Positions 10,201 to 19,418 of a stretch of DNA of 32,037 nucleotides are shown piece after piece. Under the pieces are notes generated by a model. The model saw only the letters and a list, made by a program, of their open reading frames with translations. It ran no database searches and was not told where the DNA came from. Every line of letters starts with the position of its first letter. Position 1 is the stretch's first letter. The DNA is taken from assembly GCA_002633005.1 (NCBI GenBank), contig NMRA01000150.1:404357-436393 (forward strand), read 5' to 3'. Made by a program: the position numbers and the translations under genes. Source of the stretch: Phoronis australis. Its lineage: Eukaryota; Animalia; Phoronida.

Positions 10201-13200
10201 TTTCCTTGAAATGAGCTATGCCACTATATGACTTCAGTTTTTTTAAACAAAGCTCAACGCCACCTACAGTTCAAATGTGATGTAGATGGAGATTTAAAAA
10301 TGTTTGCTTTAATTTCTTATCTGCTCCTCACTGGAACTGTCTGTGCACCACACAAAGTGTCATTAGTGTTGTCTCGTTATAACCCCGTCATGTTTGCCTG
10401 TTCTGCTTATGGTAAAATGTCTGGCAATGAATCGTCATTGGGGCAAAATTGCAATTAAAGAACTTTGCAGCCACCTTCCTACATTTCAGTGCCTGGTCAT
10501 TTGTGATCATGGTTACTTTGATGATGAATTCTTCATGGTCATTTTGTCTGATTTTTGTGAGACACAGTGTTCTGTGTCTGCACTGCAAAGCGTGGTGTTC
10601 TGAGTCTGCACTGCATGACATGGTGTTTTATGTCTGCACTACAAGACATTGTGTTCTATTTCTGTAATGCAAGATATGGTGTTCTTTGTCTGCACTGCAA
10701 GGTGTGGTGTTCTGTGTCTGCACTACAAGGCATGGTGGTCTGTGTCTGCACTACAAGACATGGTGTTCTGTGTCTGCCATTTACTAATGCTTCCAGTTTC
10801 CAGTTTCATTGTATTATACAATTGCATTTTTGTTTGTTGTTGATCTAGCAGAGATTTTTAGCGAAAGTGATATATTAACAGTGACATCCATGGTTACTTA
10901 GCAGAAAATGTATTGTAACTCTTGTTATGTTAGTGCATGCCCTGACAATTATTTTACAAATTTTTGTGATATCAGTTGTTATACCACAATATTAGCGTCA
11001 AATGGCAGATACAACCGTGTAATAACCCATAAAGTTATCTCACTAGTGAGATAACGATTTGGCGGGAAACCGAGGACGGGGTCGAACCCTGGACCCTAAT
11101 ATTGCTGGTCGCCGACTTTAACCACTACACCACGCAGCGACTGACGTCATCAAGAGTGAAAATAGAATACTTAAATGAGCATGTGTAATAATCGCACGTT
11201 CAACAAACCTCATTGTACTGTACTTATACGCTACGAAAAATAAGACACATAATTTCCATAAAAATGATATCTTAATTCAGTGATTTTTTTCTCTCAATGT
11301 CCTCTTACTTGTAAATCACGGATCTCCAGTTTGAATGCAGGTATCGTGTCGTCAGGATCTTTGACTTGAGAATTATATTCAGTTACCAATGGTAACCTAC
11401 TTTAGCAGACGATAATTTCCCGGTCGAAGCTTAGCGTGTAAAAAACGTGTTTTAAGCTATAATAGTTGCTTAACCTTAATTTAGAGATTCACTTCATTTC
11501 TATTTTGTTAAAATTCCAATTGGTTTTGAGTATAAGTATTATTTGATAAAAATAGCTCGGCTTTTCTTAAAAGGTCACGACCTCCGACCCCGGGCCTCTG
11601 ACATAGAAAGTAGTTACAAAGCCGAGGCGAGTCGAGAAAGGTAGATCGATTCATTGCAATGTTTCTCGTTTAGTATGTGGTATAAATAGATTATTACATG
11701 TTCTCAGTCGTTATCCCCCTTATCTAGAGCCCTCGTGGATTTTGTAGAATTATCACCCTCGGGGCTNACTGAGTGTGATGCTGCCCAACCCAGATCTAGT
11801 GAGTACACCCAAGATCTAGTGAGTACACCCCAGTGCACAATGCCCGCCCCTTTACAGTGAGTACACCCCATTACATAATACTGAGTGTGATGCTGCCCAA
11901 CCCAGATCTAGTGAGTACACCCAAGATCTAGTGAGTACACCCCAGTGCACAATGCCCGCCCCCTTACAATGAGCACACCCCATTACACAATGCTCACCCC
12001 CTTACAGTGAGTACACCCCAGTGCACAATGCCCGCCCCCTTACAGTGAGTACACCCCATTACACAATGCCTACCCCCTTACAGTGAGTACACCCCCATTG
12101 CACAATGCCCCACCCTCTTATACCTTCACTTCTGTTTTATTATTCCCGAGTTGCTGTCTGCAAGATTGCTTTTTCTTTGGAAACTCAACCTTTATTCTTT
12201 TTTCACATGACATTTTTATTGCATTTAGCTGTTGACTCAAAAACAGTTAATTTAACCAATACTGATTATGCAAAGATTTCAGTGTTTTGCTACTTGGCTT
12301 TCATTATTAATGTGATGTCAGTGTTTTAGAAGAAAATCACTTTGTCCTGTGCACAAGTACTGTGCACAAGTACTGTGCACAAGTACTGTGCACAAGTACT
12401 GTGCACAAGTACTGTGCACAAGTACTGTGCACAAGTACTGTGCACAAGTACTGTGCACAAGTACTGTGCACAAGTACTGTGCACAAGTACTGTGCACAAG
12501 TACTGTGATAATGTCATTTTCAAAGAATGACTGTGGAAAGTGGTTTTGAAAGTTGCATGGTTCGCACGTTTATGGGGGGAATGATCCTTTCCAAAGTGTT
12601 CACAGAGATTCCTTTCAATTTCTAAAGCCTAACAATGCAAAAAATCACCTGTTTTAATCAACGATTTATCAAGAGTGTTTTATTGCCATGAAGTCGTTAC
12701 TAATACAGGATGAGCGTTCCTGATAAACAGGCTTCTTGATAACAGCTGTTCTTGTACAAATCTGTTGACTAAGTACTACCACCAGAGTTTCTAATGAGTT
12801 CCGTGTTTACACAGTCAGGGTGTTTGACTTCTGGAGCAATAGTCAGTCCATGACGAACAGGATTTGTTATTTGAATGAAGAATATCTCATAACGAAGGAC
12901 GTGACTGTATAAAGCTAAACACACAGGAATCAGATAATCAATATTTTACTTGCTAACTCATTAAATTACTGGTGTGTGACATTTCAGGTTGGGTTGCAAA
13001 ATAAATAGTGAGTTCATTGTGCCTTGATGTATCACAAAGTCACGTTTTGGCTTTAAAATGATATTTGGTTACAGAGGTTTAGACTGCGCTATGAGCATAT
13101 TAGTTTGGAAGTGCTTTCTTGTGAAATCAACTTGATGCATTTTCACACTAAAACATTTTGAATACATATCCTTGTAGGAGTAGTTGTTGAAAGTTTTGTT

Positions 13201-16200
13201 GTTAAATTTGTCATGAGTGTGTTTTGTAGTTCCAGATATTTTGAAAGAACTTGAAAAGAATGAGGCAAATCTAACTAAGCTTGCTAAAGCTTCGAAGCAG
13301 ACAGTAAGTAGTTCTTCAATATCATACAAACAAAAGAGCACTCTTCTAACTTAACTCTATATCTTCTCATCAAAAAGTGGATGAAATTCCAGAGCAAACA
13401 TTTTCAACTAATCCTCTCACTTCTTTCCTTAGTTTTGAAAGGAAATTTGTCAAAATTTCAAGCCCTATTGATCAGCATTTTTAGGAAAACCAAAGTAGTT
13501 CCTTGGTATTGTCCTTAAAGTGCAAGATGTGTGCGATGTTCAGTTTTTTTAATTATTTGTTGTTTCAGACCTTGAATTTTGCTAAAGCATCGTCAGCAGA
13601 AGAAGTTGAAAAAGTAGAGAATGATTACTGTAAGTTATTTTAACAACAATATTTAGTATTTTAAAACATTTGCAGACTTAGCATTAATATCATATTACTT
13701 AATTTGGTGGGCTTTGAACTCCTAGTTTATAAATGTTGTTAATGGCAGTAGATAACTGATTTCTTTACTCATACTGCTGAAATGAAACTGGGTATAGTGT
13801 TGTTTATGTCTTTTCAGTGCAGGAAAACAAGTCGCGGTTCGAGCAACTTGTGGCGGAAGCAGGAAAGAATATGAAAAGAAAGCGCAAGAAGCCACAAGTG
13901 ATTGATATTACTGGAAAACACGAAACTTGTGGTAGTCAGACATTGTTTGACAGGCAGACGACATCGCTGGAGCAGACAACATTGAGTGAGCAGACGAGTT
14001 TTCAAGATGTGGAAACGGCAGACACCAGAGAGAAATTATACAAGCGAACAACATTAGTAGGAGAGACAGTGAGAAAAGATGGCAAGGAAATAGTGATTTT
14101 AGATGGCGAGAGGCATCAGACAATACTGTCTTTTGTAAAGAACAAAGTCAGCAATACCAATACTATTCAGAAATCAAGGGAGGGTTTCTCAGAATTGCCA
14201 GCACTTAGTGTCGCCAAGCTGGATGATGGGGAAGTGCAGTATGTAGAGGTCGACAACTCGGGGTCTGATGCAGCTGTCCATGTTAATGAGAATGTTGTGC
14301 AAACAGGATCAGGTGATGTGGAAACTGCTGGCAATAGTAACTCAAACTGTGACCTCCGTGATGTGAGGGGAAATGTTGAGTTCAGTCAAACATCAGACTC
14401 CTTGTTGCCCTGTTCTCAAAGTTGTCGTATGAGAAGTCCAGAAAAGGACTTAACAGCAGAAAGTGATGTTGACAGTGACATGAAGTCGGAAGCTAGTGAA
14501 AGTCTTCTTCAATCAAACCCTGTCCTTATGCAGACTCCAACTACCTCTTCTAATGATCAATGCCAGTTGGTTAAGAATAATTCAAGTGATGTGGAAACCA
14601 GTCCAGTGTTTCATGAGACTGGAAGGTCCAGGAAAATGTCTACAGAAAGTGAAGTAGACATATTTGGTTCTAGTCCAGTTGCTGCCCTATCTGATGATGT
14701 CATCAAGTCTTGTGGTGATGTCACTCGTTCGTGTGGTGGTGTCACCAGTCCTTGCAAGGATGTCATTACCCCTTGTGACAATGATGCAAAAATACACAGA
14801 GCTCAAGGACAAGGTATTCAATTTTCTGTACAACACACTGAAATGCTATAATTTTGGTTAATTCGATCTTGAAAATTCAATTATCTTTAGATGCATAGGC
14901 CTATTCTTTTTGTGCACCCGCATATTTGTATGTAGACACATTATGCTGTCATTCTCCTCTGTCCAACATCCGACTACAGCTGCTGTATCTCCGAATACCC
15001 CTCAATGGATGTGCATGAAATTTTGTAGACATTTTCTATCATAGGTAGAATAGCATGAGCACATTTTTGAATGAACCCGACTTGCGATTTGCCCCCTAGT
15101 GGCAATTTTAGTATTTTACGTTTGCTTCTGCATCTTTGGAGTTCGTTAATGGATATTCATGAAATTTGGGAAATAGGTTTCTATTAAGATTATTGTCCTT
15201 TTGTTTTTGGATGGATTCAACGTATTGTGCACCACCTAGTAGCAGTTTTTACTTTTTCGAGTTTTTTGGCATCTGTTTCTTTATCAGTCAAACTACTGTA
15301 AGGATCATTATGAAAATTGCCATATGTGTTCCTGCTAGAAAGAGCACATCGAATGATGAATTTGAAGCTACTGTTGCACCCCATGGTGTCATTTTTTCGT
15401 GTCTGCAGATGTTTCTCCTAGATCTTGTGCAGGATTCTGACTAGTGCGTTTCTTGCAATGTGACAACAGGACCGCAAGTTTTGGACAGATCCAATAATCA
15501 TTATGCCTCCGTCATGCCAAGAATTATACGATGGCACTTTTCTTATCTCAAAATGCAACTCTGGTGGTTTGGTAATTAGTCCAATTATGTTGCACACCCA
15601 GCGTAGTTATGGGGAACATAATATGGCAACATGATACAAAAGTTTTAGGTTGTAAAAGTTAGGATTCTTGTCCAATTTTCAAAATTCAAAAACCTATAAT
15701 CATGTGTACTTTTCACAAACTATTCAAATGTACTATTTAAAAACTTTCAGAACAATTAAAAAATAAATACTTTTGTCACTCCCAGTGTGTTAGTGATGGG
15801 TCTGATTATTTAGGGAACTGTTATCCGATAACATCAACAACTTAGTGTCTTTGATAAATTCTGACAACTTTCGAGGTACGCAAACCAGTTGAGTTACCCA
15901 TTCTGGACTGGTGAGGGTGTCAACATAGGATTTTCTTCATGCAGGTGGCAACTTTAGGTTTAAGTATTCCTCCACATCTTTAGAGTTCTTTGCTGGATTT
16001 TCATGAAACATAAGTTGCTATGAAAGAGATAAAACCTTTTCATTTTGGAAGAATTTGACGTATTGTTTGCTACTTAGTGGCCATTTTTTTGTTGTATTTT
16101 GGGTCAGTTTTGGGGTCTGCTTGGCCAAATCACTTTGAGGACAATTATAAAAATTGGCATATGTGTTTCTACTTGGAAGTGCATGGCTGGCCATGGGTTT

Positions 16201-17524
16201 TAAACAGTCCGACTGATGTGCTGCCCTCTTATGGCAATTTAATAACTTTTTTGCCTGTGGTGCAGTACAAGTTCCTTGATGGTTCTTCATGAAATTTGAG
16301 TTGTTTCTGTCGAGAAGAGTTCAATTGACAGAGTCACCTTGTACCAATTTTGTTTTTCTTTGTGTTTGCTTTGATATCTTCTAAATTCCTTGTTGGATAT
16401 TCATGAACTTTGGCGAATAATTTAGGATCACATAGACAACAGCACAGGCATGATTTCAGACGCATTTGTCCTGTGTTGCGCCCCCTAATGTCTGTTCTGT
16501 TGTTTCTGTGCCCTTTGTCGTCTGCTTTCCTATGCTCACAACTTCTTGAAGAACCATGATGAAAGGTGACATGTGTGTTCCTATCGAGTAGAGCATTTTT
16601 ATTTGCTATACTCCCCCTATAGGCTGATATTAAGTTTACTAGTATTGGTCCATTTAGTGGGAATGTTCAAAACAATGATCACCTCTATTATCTGCACTGT
16701 ATGCCATGCACGTGTATCGTATCTGCACCGTATGCCATGCACGTGTATCGTATCAATGTTCTTCATTGCTCTTGTATTGAATGATGAAGTGTTTGTTAAA
16801 AGTGTTCACTAACCAAACTGTTTCATAATTTAAGATGCTCGTGCTTGAAGTGTGAGTGGTGCATGACCTATTTCCATCCGTCTGCTTTTCAGTTCTTCCT
16901 GTTTCTGTGGAAGAGCCGTCTGCCATGAACTCTACTGATGTGAGCAGTCCAGATGACTTCACTTGTGCGTGGGACTTTGAGTGAGTAGATGATCCCACTT
17001 TTTAAAACTGGGTTTGCAGTAATCACCCGTCATTTCAACTTATTTCACAACAGTCCCAGTTGTTCAGATATAGACGCCCAGTTTGTATTGACTTACTGCA
17101 TAAGAGTCGAGTCAAGTCAATTTACTGACCATGGTCTCTAGCAATTACAAACTATCAATTCTCCCTAGTGCTTCTAATCTACTCCAATTTGTGTAAGAAA
17201 CAATTAGAGGTCATTCTTGTATTTTAAGTGGTCTAAGTCAAAAGTTATTTTCTAACAGAAAGCAGGCTTAAAGCAGCTTAAACTTATGACTGAACTATAA
17301 AGACCACTAATACTGAAAAGATGGAGTTGACATTCATGGGATTTGTAAATGCTGTGTTTCAAAACAACTATTCCTTATCAATTTCTTCATTGATTCAATA
17401 CCATTTCAGCTTGCAGCCTGTTGTCACTCGTCGTAGCCTTAGGAAGAGGAAGGTCACAGTGTCTCCCTCCGGTGGACCAGCTCGAAAACGCATCAACAAG
17501 AAGGGCATGGATTCTTATCCTTAA
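4166..17524 (+). CDS. RAD18: RAD18 E3 ubiquitin-protein ligase, multi-exon gene; at least 11 coding exons, about 700 visible codons; 5' exon not identified and one exon truncated by an assembly gap
   Basis: Phase-consistent exons 4166-4247, 4763-4895, 5910-6066, 8748-8901, 9570-9781, (gap)11768-11798, 13230-13303, 13569-13629, 13818-14813, 16893-16980, 17410-17524. The order RING (C3HC4), UBZ4, SAP, Rad6-binding-like helix, NLS is diagnostic for RAD18. Confidence 0.95.
4763..4895 (+). CDS. RAD18: RAD18 exon: second half of RING (YCSLCIRRYFTYKRECPTCFLTASDTDLVKNRQLDNIVEQYRIIR)
   Basis: Acceptor ttttgcAG, donor GTtggt at 4896; CSLCIR...CPTC...L.kNr.LD motif; phase 1 to 2. Confidence 0.95.
5140..5442. 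repeat. About 26-nt minisatellite (TATAATAACATTGGCCCAGGCGCCTG), about 12 copies
   Basis: Direct reading. Confidence 0.9.
5910..6066 (+). CDS. RAD18: RAD18 exon: linker (HKLFGEPADNEP...SQSEQK)
   Basis: Acceptor tttcttcAG, donor GTgagc at 6067, with an alternative in-phase donor GTaagt at 5959; phase 2 to 0. Confidence 0.8.
6494..6925. repeat. 38-nt minisatellite (GAAATGAGTACTGAGTCTAGCTCATCTTGTATTCAATG), 11 copies; 6 copies in the duplicate at 7942-8174
   Basis: Units counted by eye; each has an ATGAG...CTCAT inverted pair. Confidence 0.92.
7424..8640 (+). repeat. Near-identical second copy of 5974-7422 directly after a single N; probable uncollapsed haplotype
   Basis: Restarts mid-exon (GAATCCATGTACAAAC) with no acceptor; scattered SNPs and indels; different VNTR copy number. 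Confidence 0.9.
8225..8733. repeat. 32-nt minisatellite (ACAGTAATCTATAGTTGTTCAATAAGTGTTTC) with partly alternating dimeric variants; other copy at about 6975-7422
   Basis: ACAGT at 8532, 8564, 8596; the array ends about 14 nt before the exon at 8748. Confidence 0.9.
8748..8901 (+). CDS. RAD18: RAD18 exon: Ser/Thr-rich linker (ACTSQSSVSP...APSVDK)
   Basis: Acceptor gtttcAG, donor G|GTaagt at 8902; phase 0 to 1 matches both neighbouring exons. Confidence 0.8.
9570..9781 (+). CDS. RAD18: RAD18 exon: UBZ4 zinc finger (CPVC...HLDRC) and start of SAP domain (KRKPLPKLVYTLMTDKELKRRLQELKLSTLGDRQ)
   Basis: Acceptor ttgcAG, donor GTaaaa at 9782; phase 1 to 0; RAD18-type UBZ4 and SAP motifs. Confidence 0.95.
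10561..10778. repeat. 28-nt minisatellite (CTGCACTACAAGACATGGTGTTCTGTGT), about 8 copies
   Basis: Direct reading. Confidence 0.9.
11066..11140 (-). mobile_element. tRNA-derived head (SINE-like or tRNA pseudogene)
   Basis: Minus-strand Pol III A box TGGTGTAGTGG and B box GGTTCGACCCC; acceptor and anticodon stems are degenerate. Confidence 0.6.
11768..11798 (+). CDS. RAD18: RAD18 exon, 3' part only (TECDAAQPRS); 5' part lost in the gap at N 11767
   Basis: Matches the conserved RAD18 post-SAP yN..CD...PkS motif. Donor GTgagt at 11799 in phase 1 fits the next exon. A longer copy (LHNTECDAAQPRS) lies at 11871-11910. Confidence 0.7.
11768..12120 (+). repeat. Composite array: 112-nt duplication plus 38-nt units (AGTGAGTACACCCCATTACACAATGCCCGCCCCCTTAC) sharing sequence with an exon end
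   Basis: 11768-11857 recurs at 11880-11969; eight GTGAGT sites in the array. Confidence 0.88.
12347..12507. repeat. Perfect 13-nt minisatellite (CTGTGCACAAGTA), about 12.4 copies
   Basis: No mismatches seen; built from the palindromes TGTGCACA and AGTACT. Confidence 0.97.
13230..13303 (+). CDS. RAD18: RAD18 exon (IPDILKELEKNEANLTKLAKASKQT)
   Basis: Acceptor gttttgtAG, donor GTaagt at 13304; phase 1 to 0; conserved eI..ElE..E helix. Confidence 0.88.
13569..13629 (+). CDS. RAD18: RAD18 exon (TLNFAKASSAEEVEKVENDY)
   Basis: Acceptor tgtttcAG, donor GTaagt at 13630; phase 0 to 1. Confidence 0.88.
13818..14813 (+). CDS. RAD18: RAD18 large exon: Rad6-binding-like segment (LQENKSRFEQLVAEAGK), KRKRKK NLS and long acidic/Ser-rich disordered tail
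   Basis: Acceptor tcttttcAG; 344-aa open frame; donor G|GTattc at 14814; F..Lv..A motif; phase 1 to 1. Confidence 0.88.
14906..16604 (+). mobile_element. Putative Helentron/DINE-like non-autonomous element with degenerate internal repeats
   Basis: T-run plus TGTGCACC at the left; GGTGACA, a short stem and a T-run at the right; recurring (tt)CATGAAAttt and GCCCCCTAGTGG-like motifs inside; no coding frame. Confidence 0.4.
16893..16980 (+). CDS. RAD18: RAD18 penultimate exon (VLPVSVEEPSAMNSTDVSSPDDFTCAWDF)
   Basis: Strong acceptor tctgcttttcAG, donor GTgagt at 16981; phase 1 to 2 bridges the flanking exons; no domain homology recognised. Confidence 0.7.
17410..17524 (+). CDS. RAD18: RAD18 terminal exon with bipartite NLS (DLQPVVTRRSLRKRKVTVSPSGGPARKRINKKGMDSYP*)
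   Basis: Acceptor catttcAG, phase 2, TAA at 17522-17524; AATAAA at 17569. Confidence 0.75.
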
Positions 17525-17570
17525 AACCTTGTACGTTTTCAAGGAATCTGTAATGTGATGCTCTGTGCAA

Positions 17571-18352
17571 TAAACAACCCTTCGACCCGTGACTCCCTCA
17601 ACGCACAACCCCCTCGACCTGCAACCCCCTTGACCCACCTAGAACAAGCGCTGACTTTCAGGACCAATGAGTCTGGCTGTGAGCTCTTCTGGCATTTCCC
17701 TATTTCTTGCAATTAAGTGAGTCGATTTGGCAAGTTTGAACGCCAAGAGCAGAGAAAAAACAATGCGACCAAATCAAGCCAAAGACCTACCAAAGTGACA
17801 AATCGTCTTGTTCCCAGCAGAGTGTAATTGTCTCATAACTCTTCAGTGAATGTCAGATTTAAGCCATTTTGGGGAGATTGAGAAGGCCATCAATATAAAT
17901 CTATTTTAGTAAATACAGTTTGAAAAAACAAACTAGTAACTAAAAAAGCATCTCAAAGTTACATGGAATATATTGTAAACTAGTTTTCAACACAAAGCAA
18001 ATAATAAAAATGAGAAATTATATGTATACACGTTAACATACTCTCACCCTAAGTTTAGCAGAACTGGGCCATTGGTAGCCGTTGGTGGAACTATTTCGGT
18101 GATGATAGCACACTCACAATCCGCCATTTCACATCATGTTCTTATGCCACTTTCTATTTTTAACCTCCAGTCTTGAGCCAGAGCAGACTCTCGTGTAAAA
18201 AGTCTTAAAGGAAAGTCACTCAACAACGTAATAAGATTATGAAATGGGTAAAAAGCGCAACGATACCTGTATTGTCGTTGGACGAGGAGATCATTGAGTG
18301 TGGGGTTCAAGGGGTCATTTCGTGTCGGGGTCGAGGGGGTTTTAGAACAACC
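17571..18352. mobile_element. MITE-like inverted-repeat element just downstream of the RAD18 stop
   Basis: C-rich AACCCCCTCGACC subrepeats at 17575-17640 are mirrored by GGTCGAGGGGGTT at about 18300-18345. Confidence 0.5.
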
Positions 18353-18981
18353 TGTTTATTGGGTTGACATTGAGAATGTTAGAAATATGAACCTTATTTG
18401 CGAAGGTAGAAAGATACCTTACCATTTTGGAAATTCATGTTGAACATTAAGTGACAGAACTATGTAGACAGTTCCTGTATGTGGATGGTTCTTTTAATCA
18501 TCCATCATATTTTTCAAATGGAGAAATTCCAACATAAATGTGATTTATAGTCAATACATACCGGTAGATATTTTTACTCTGTACATGGCTTGTGATGTGT
18601 TATGTCAGGAAGTGCTACACCGTGTTTATCAAACTCGAGATATATTTACTGACAAGAAAAGAATTATTTTCATTTTTATCAAAATTTCCCCCAGACTATT
18701 GCACCATTAACTTTATAAAAGCATGATATACCTCACATTTTAACCATCCTCTGTCCTGAAGTGTTCATGTAGGCTGTTTGGACAGTCCATATTGCAGTGA
18801 CACCTGTTGTTTGATAATAAATAAAATGTCCCACAAAAATGTTCATGAGGATGTAATGAGTGTACATGTAATATTAATCTGGCTCCATACTAACTGACTC
18901 AGAGCTTAAAAAAACATATCAATAAATATATTAATAATGGATTGTGATCCTAAAGCTTGTCTTGGTGTAACCATTCTTTGG

Positions 18982-19418
18982 TTATTTGCTCATATCCTTC
19001 ATTTCAGTCTGTACTGTGTTATAGTCCGTTTCTTGTTCATCCAATATAGCCATAGTCTCGCTCTCCTCCTGACTGAATCTGTGCTCATAACCGTTGGCAA
19101 TCCACTGGCGCAAGGTGCACAGTAAACAAAGAAATATTTGGCTGAAAGCACTAGCTAAGAACACCACAAAACTGAACGCTGTTGCTTCAAATGGTTCTTT
19201 CGCCCACTTGAGTATGGTATAGGAGTATGGTTTGCCGTCGGGCCCTTGTCCGTTGTCTAAAAAATACAGCGCGTTGAAGACCACGTAGATCAGCTCTAAA
19301 CACAACACGTAGAGAACATGTAGAAACCTGATAGGTGTCGCCACTATGAAGAGGTTAAGTATGACGTAGACGGTGACCACTGTGTGTTTGGCTTTGCTCA
19401 TTGGTGTAACTAGAAAAC
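18982..19418 (-). CDS. rolling stone-like exon 4, terminal (GFLVTPMSKAKHTVV...PIRFLH...ILKWAKEP...KDMSK*)
   Basis: Acceptor ttctctccAG, phase 1; three hydrophobic helices; stop ends at 18982. Confidence 0.9.

Noticed and set aside
11066-11140. Functional tRNA gene
   Set aside because: A and B boxes are present, but the acceptor and anticodon stems do not pair properly.
12326-12549. Cys-rich repetitive ORFs on both strands
   Set aside because: They are translations of the 13-nt minisatellite with no splice or domain support.
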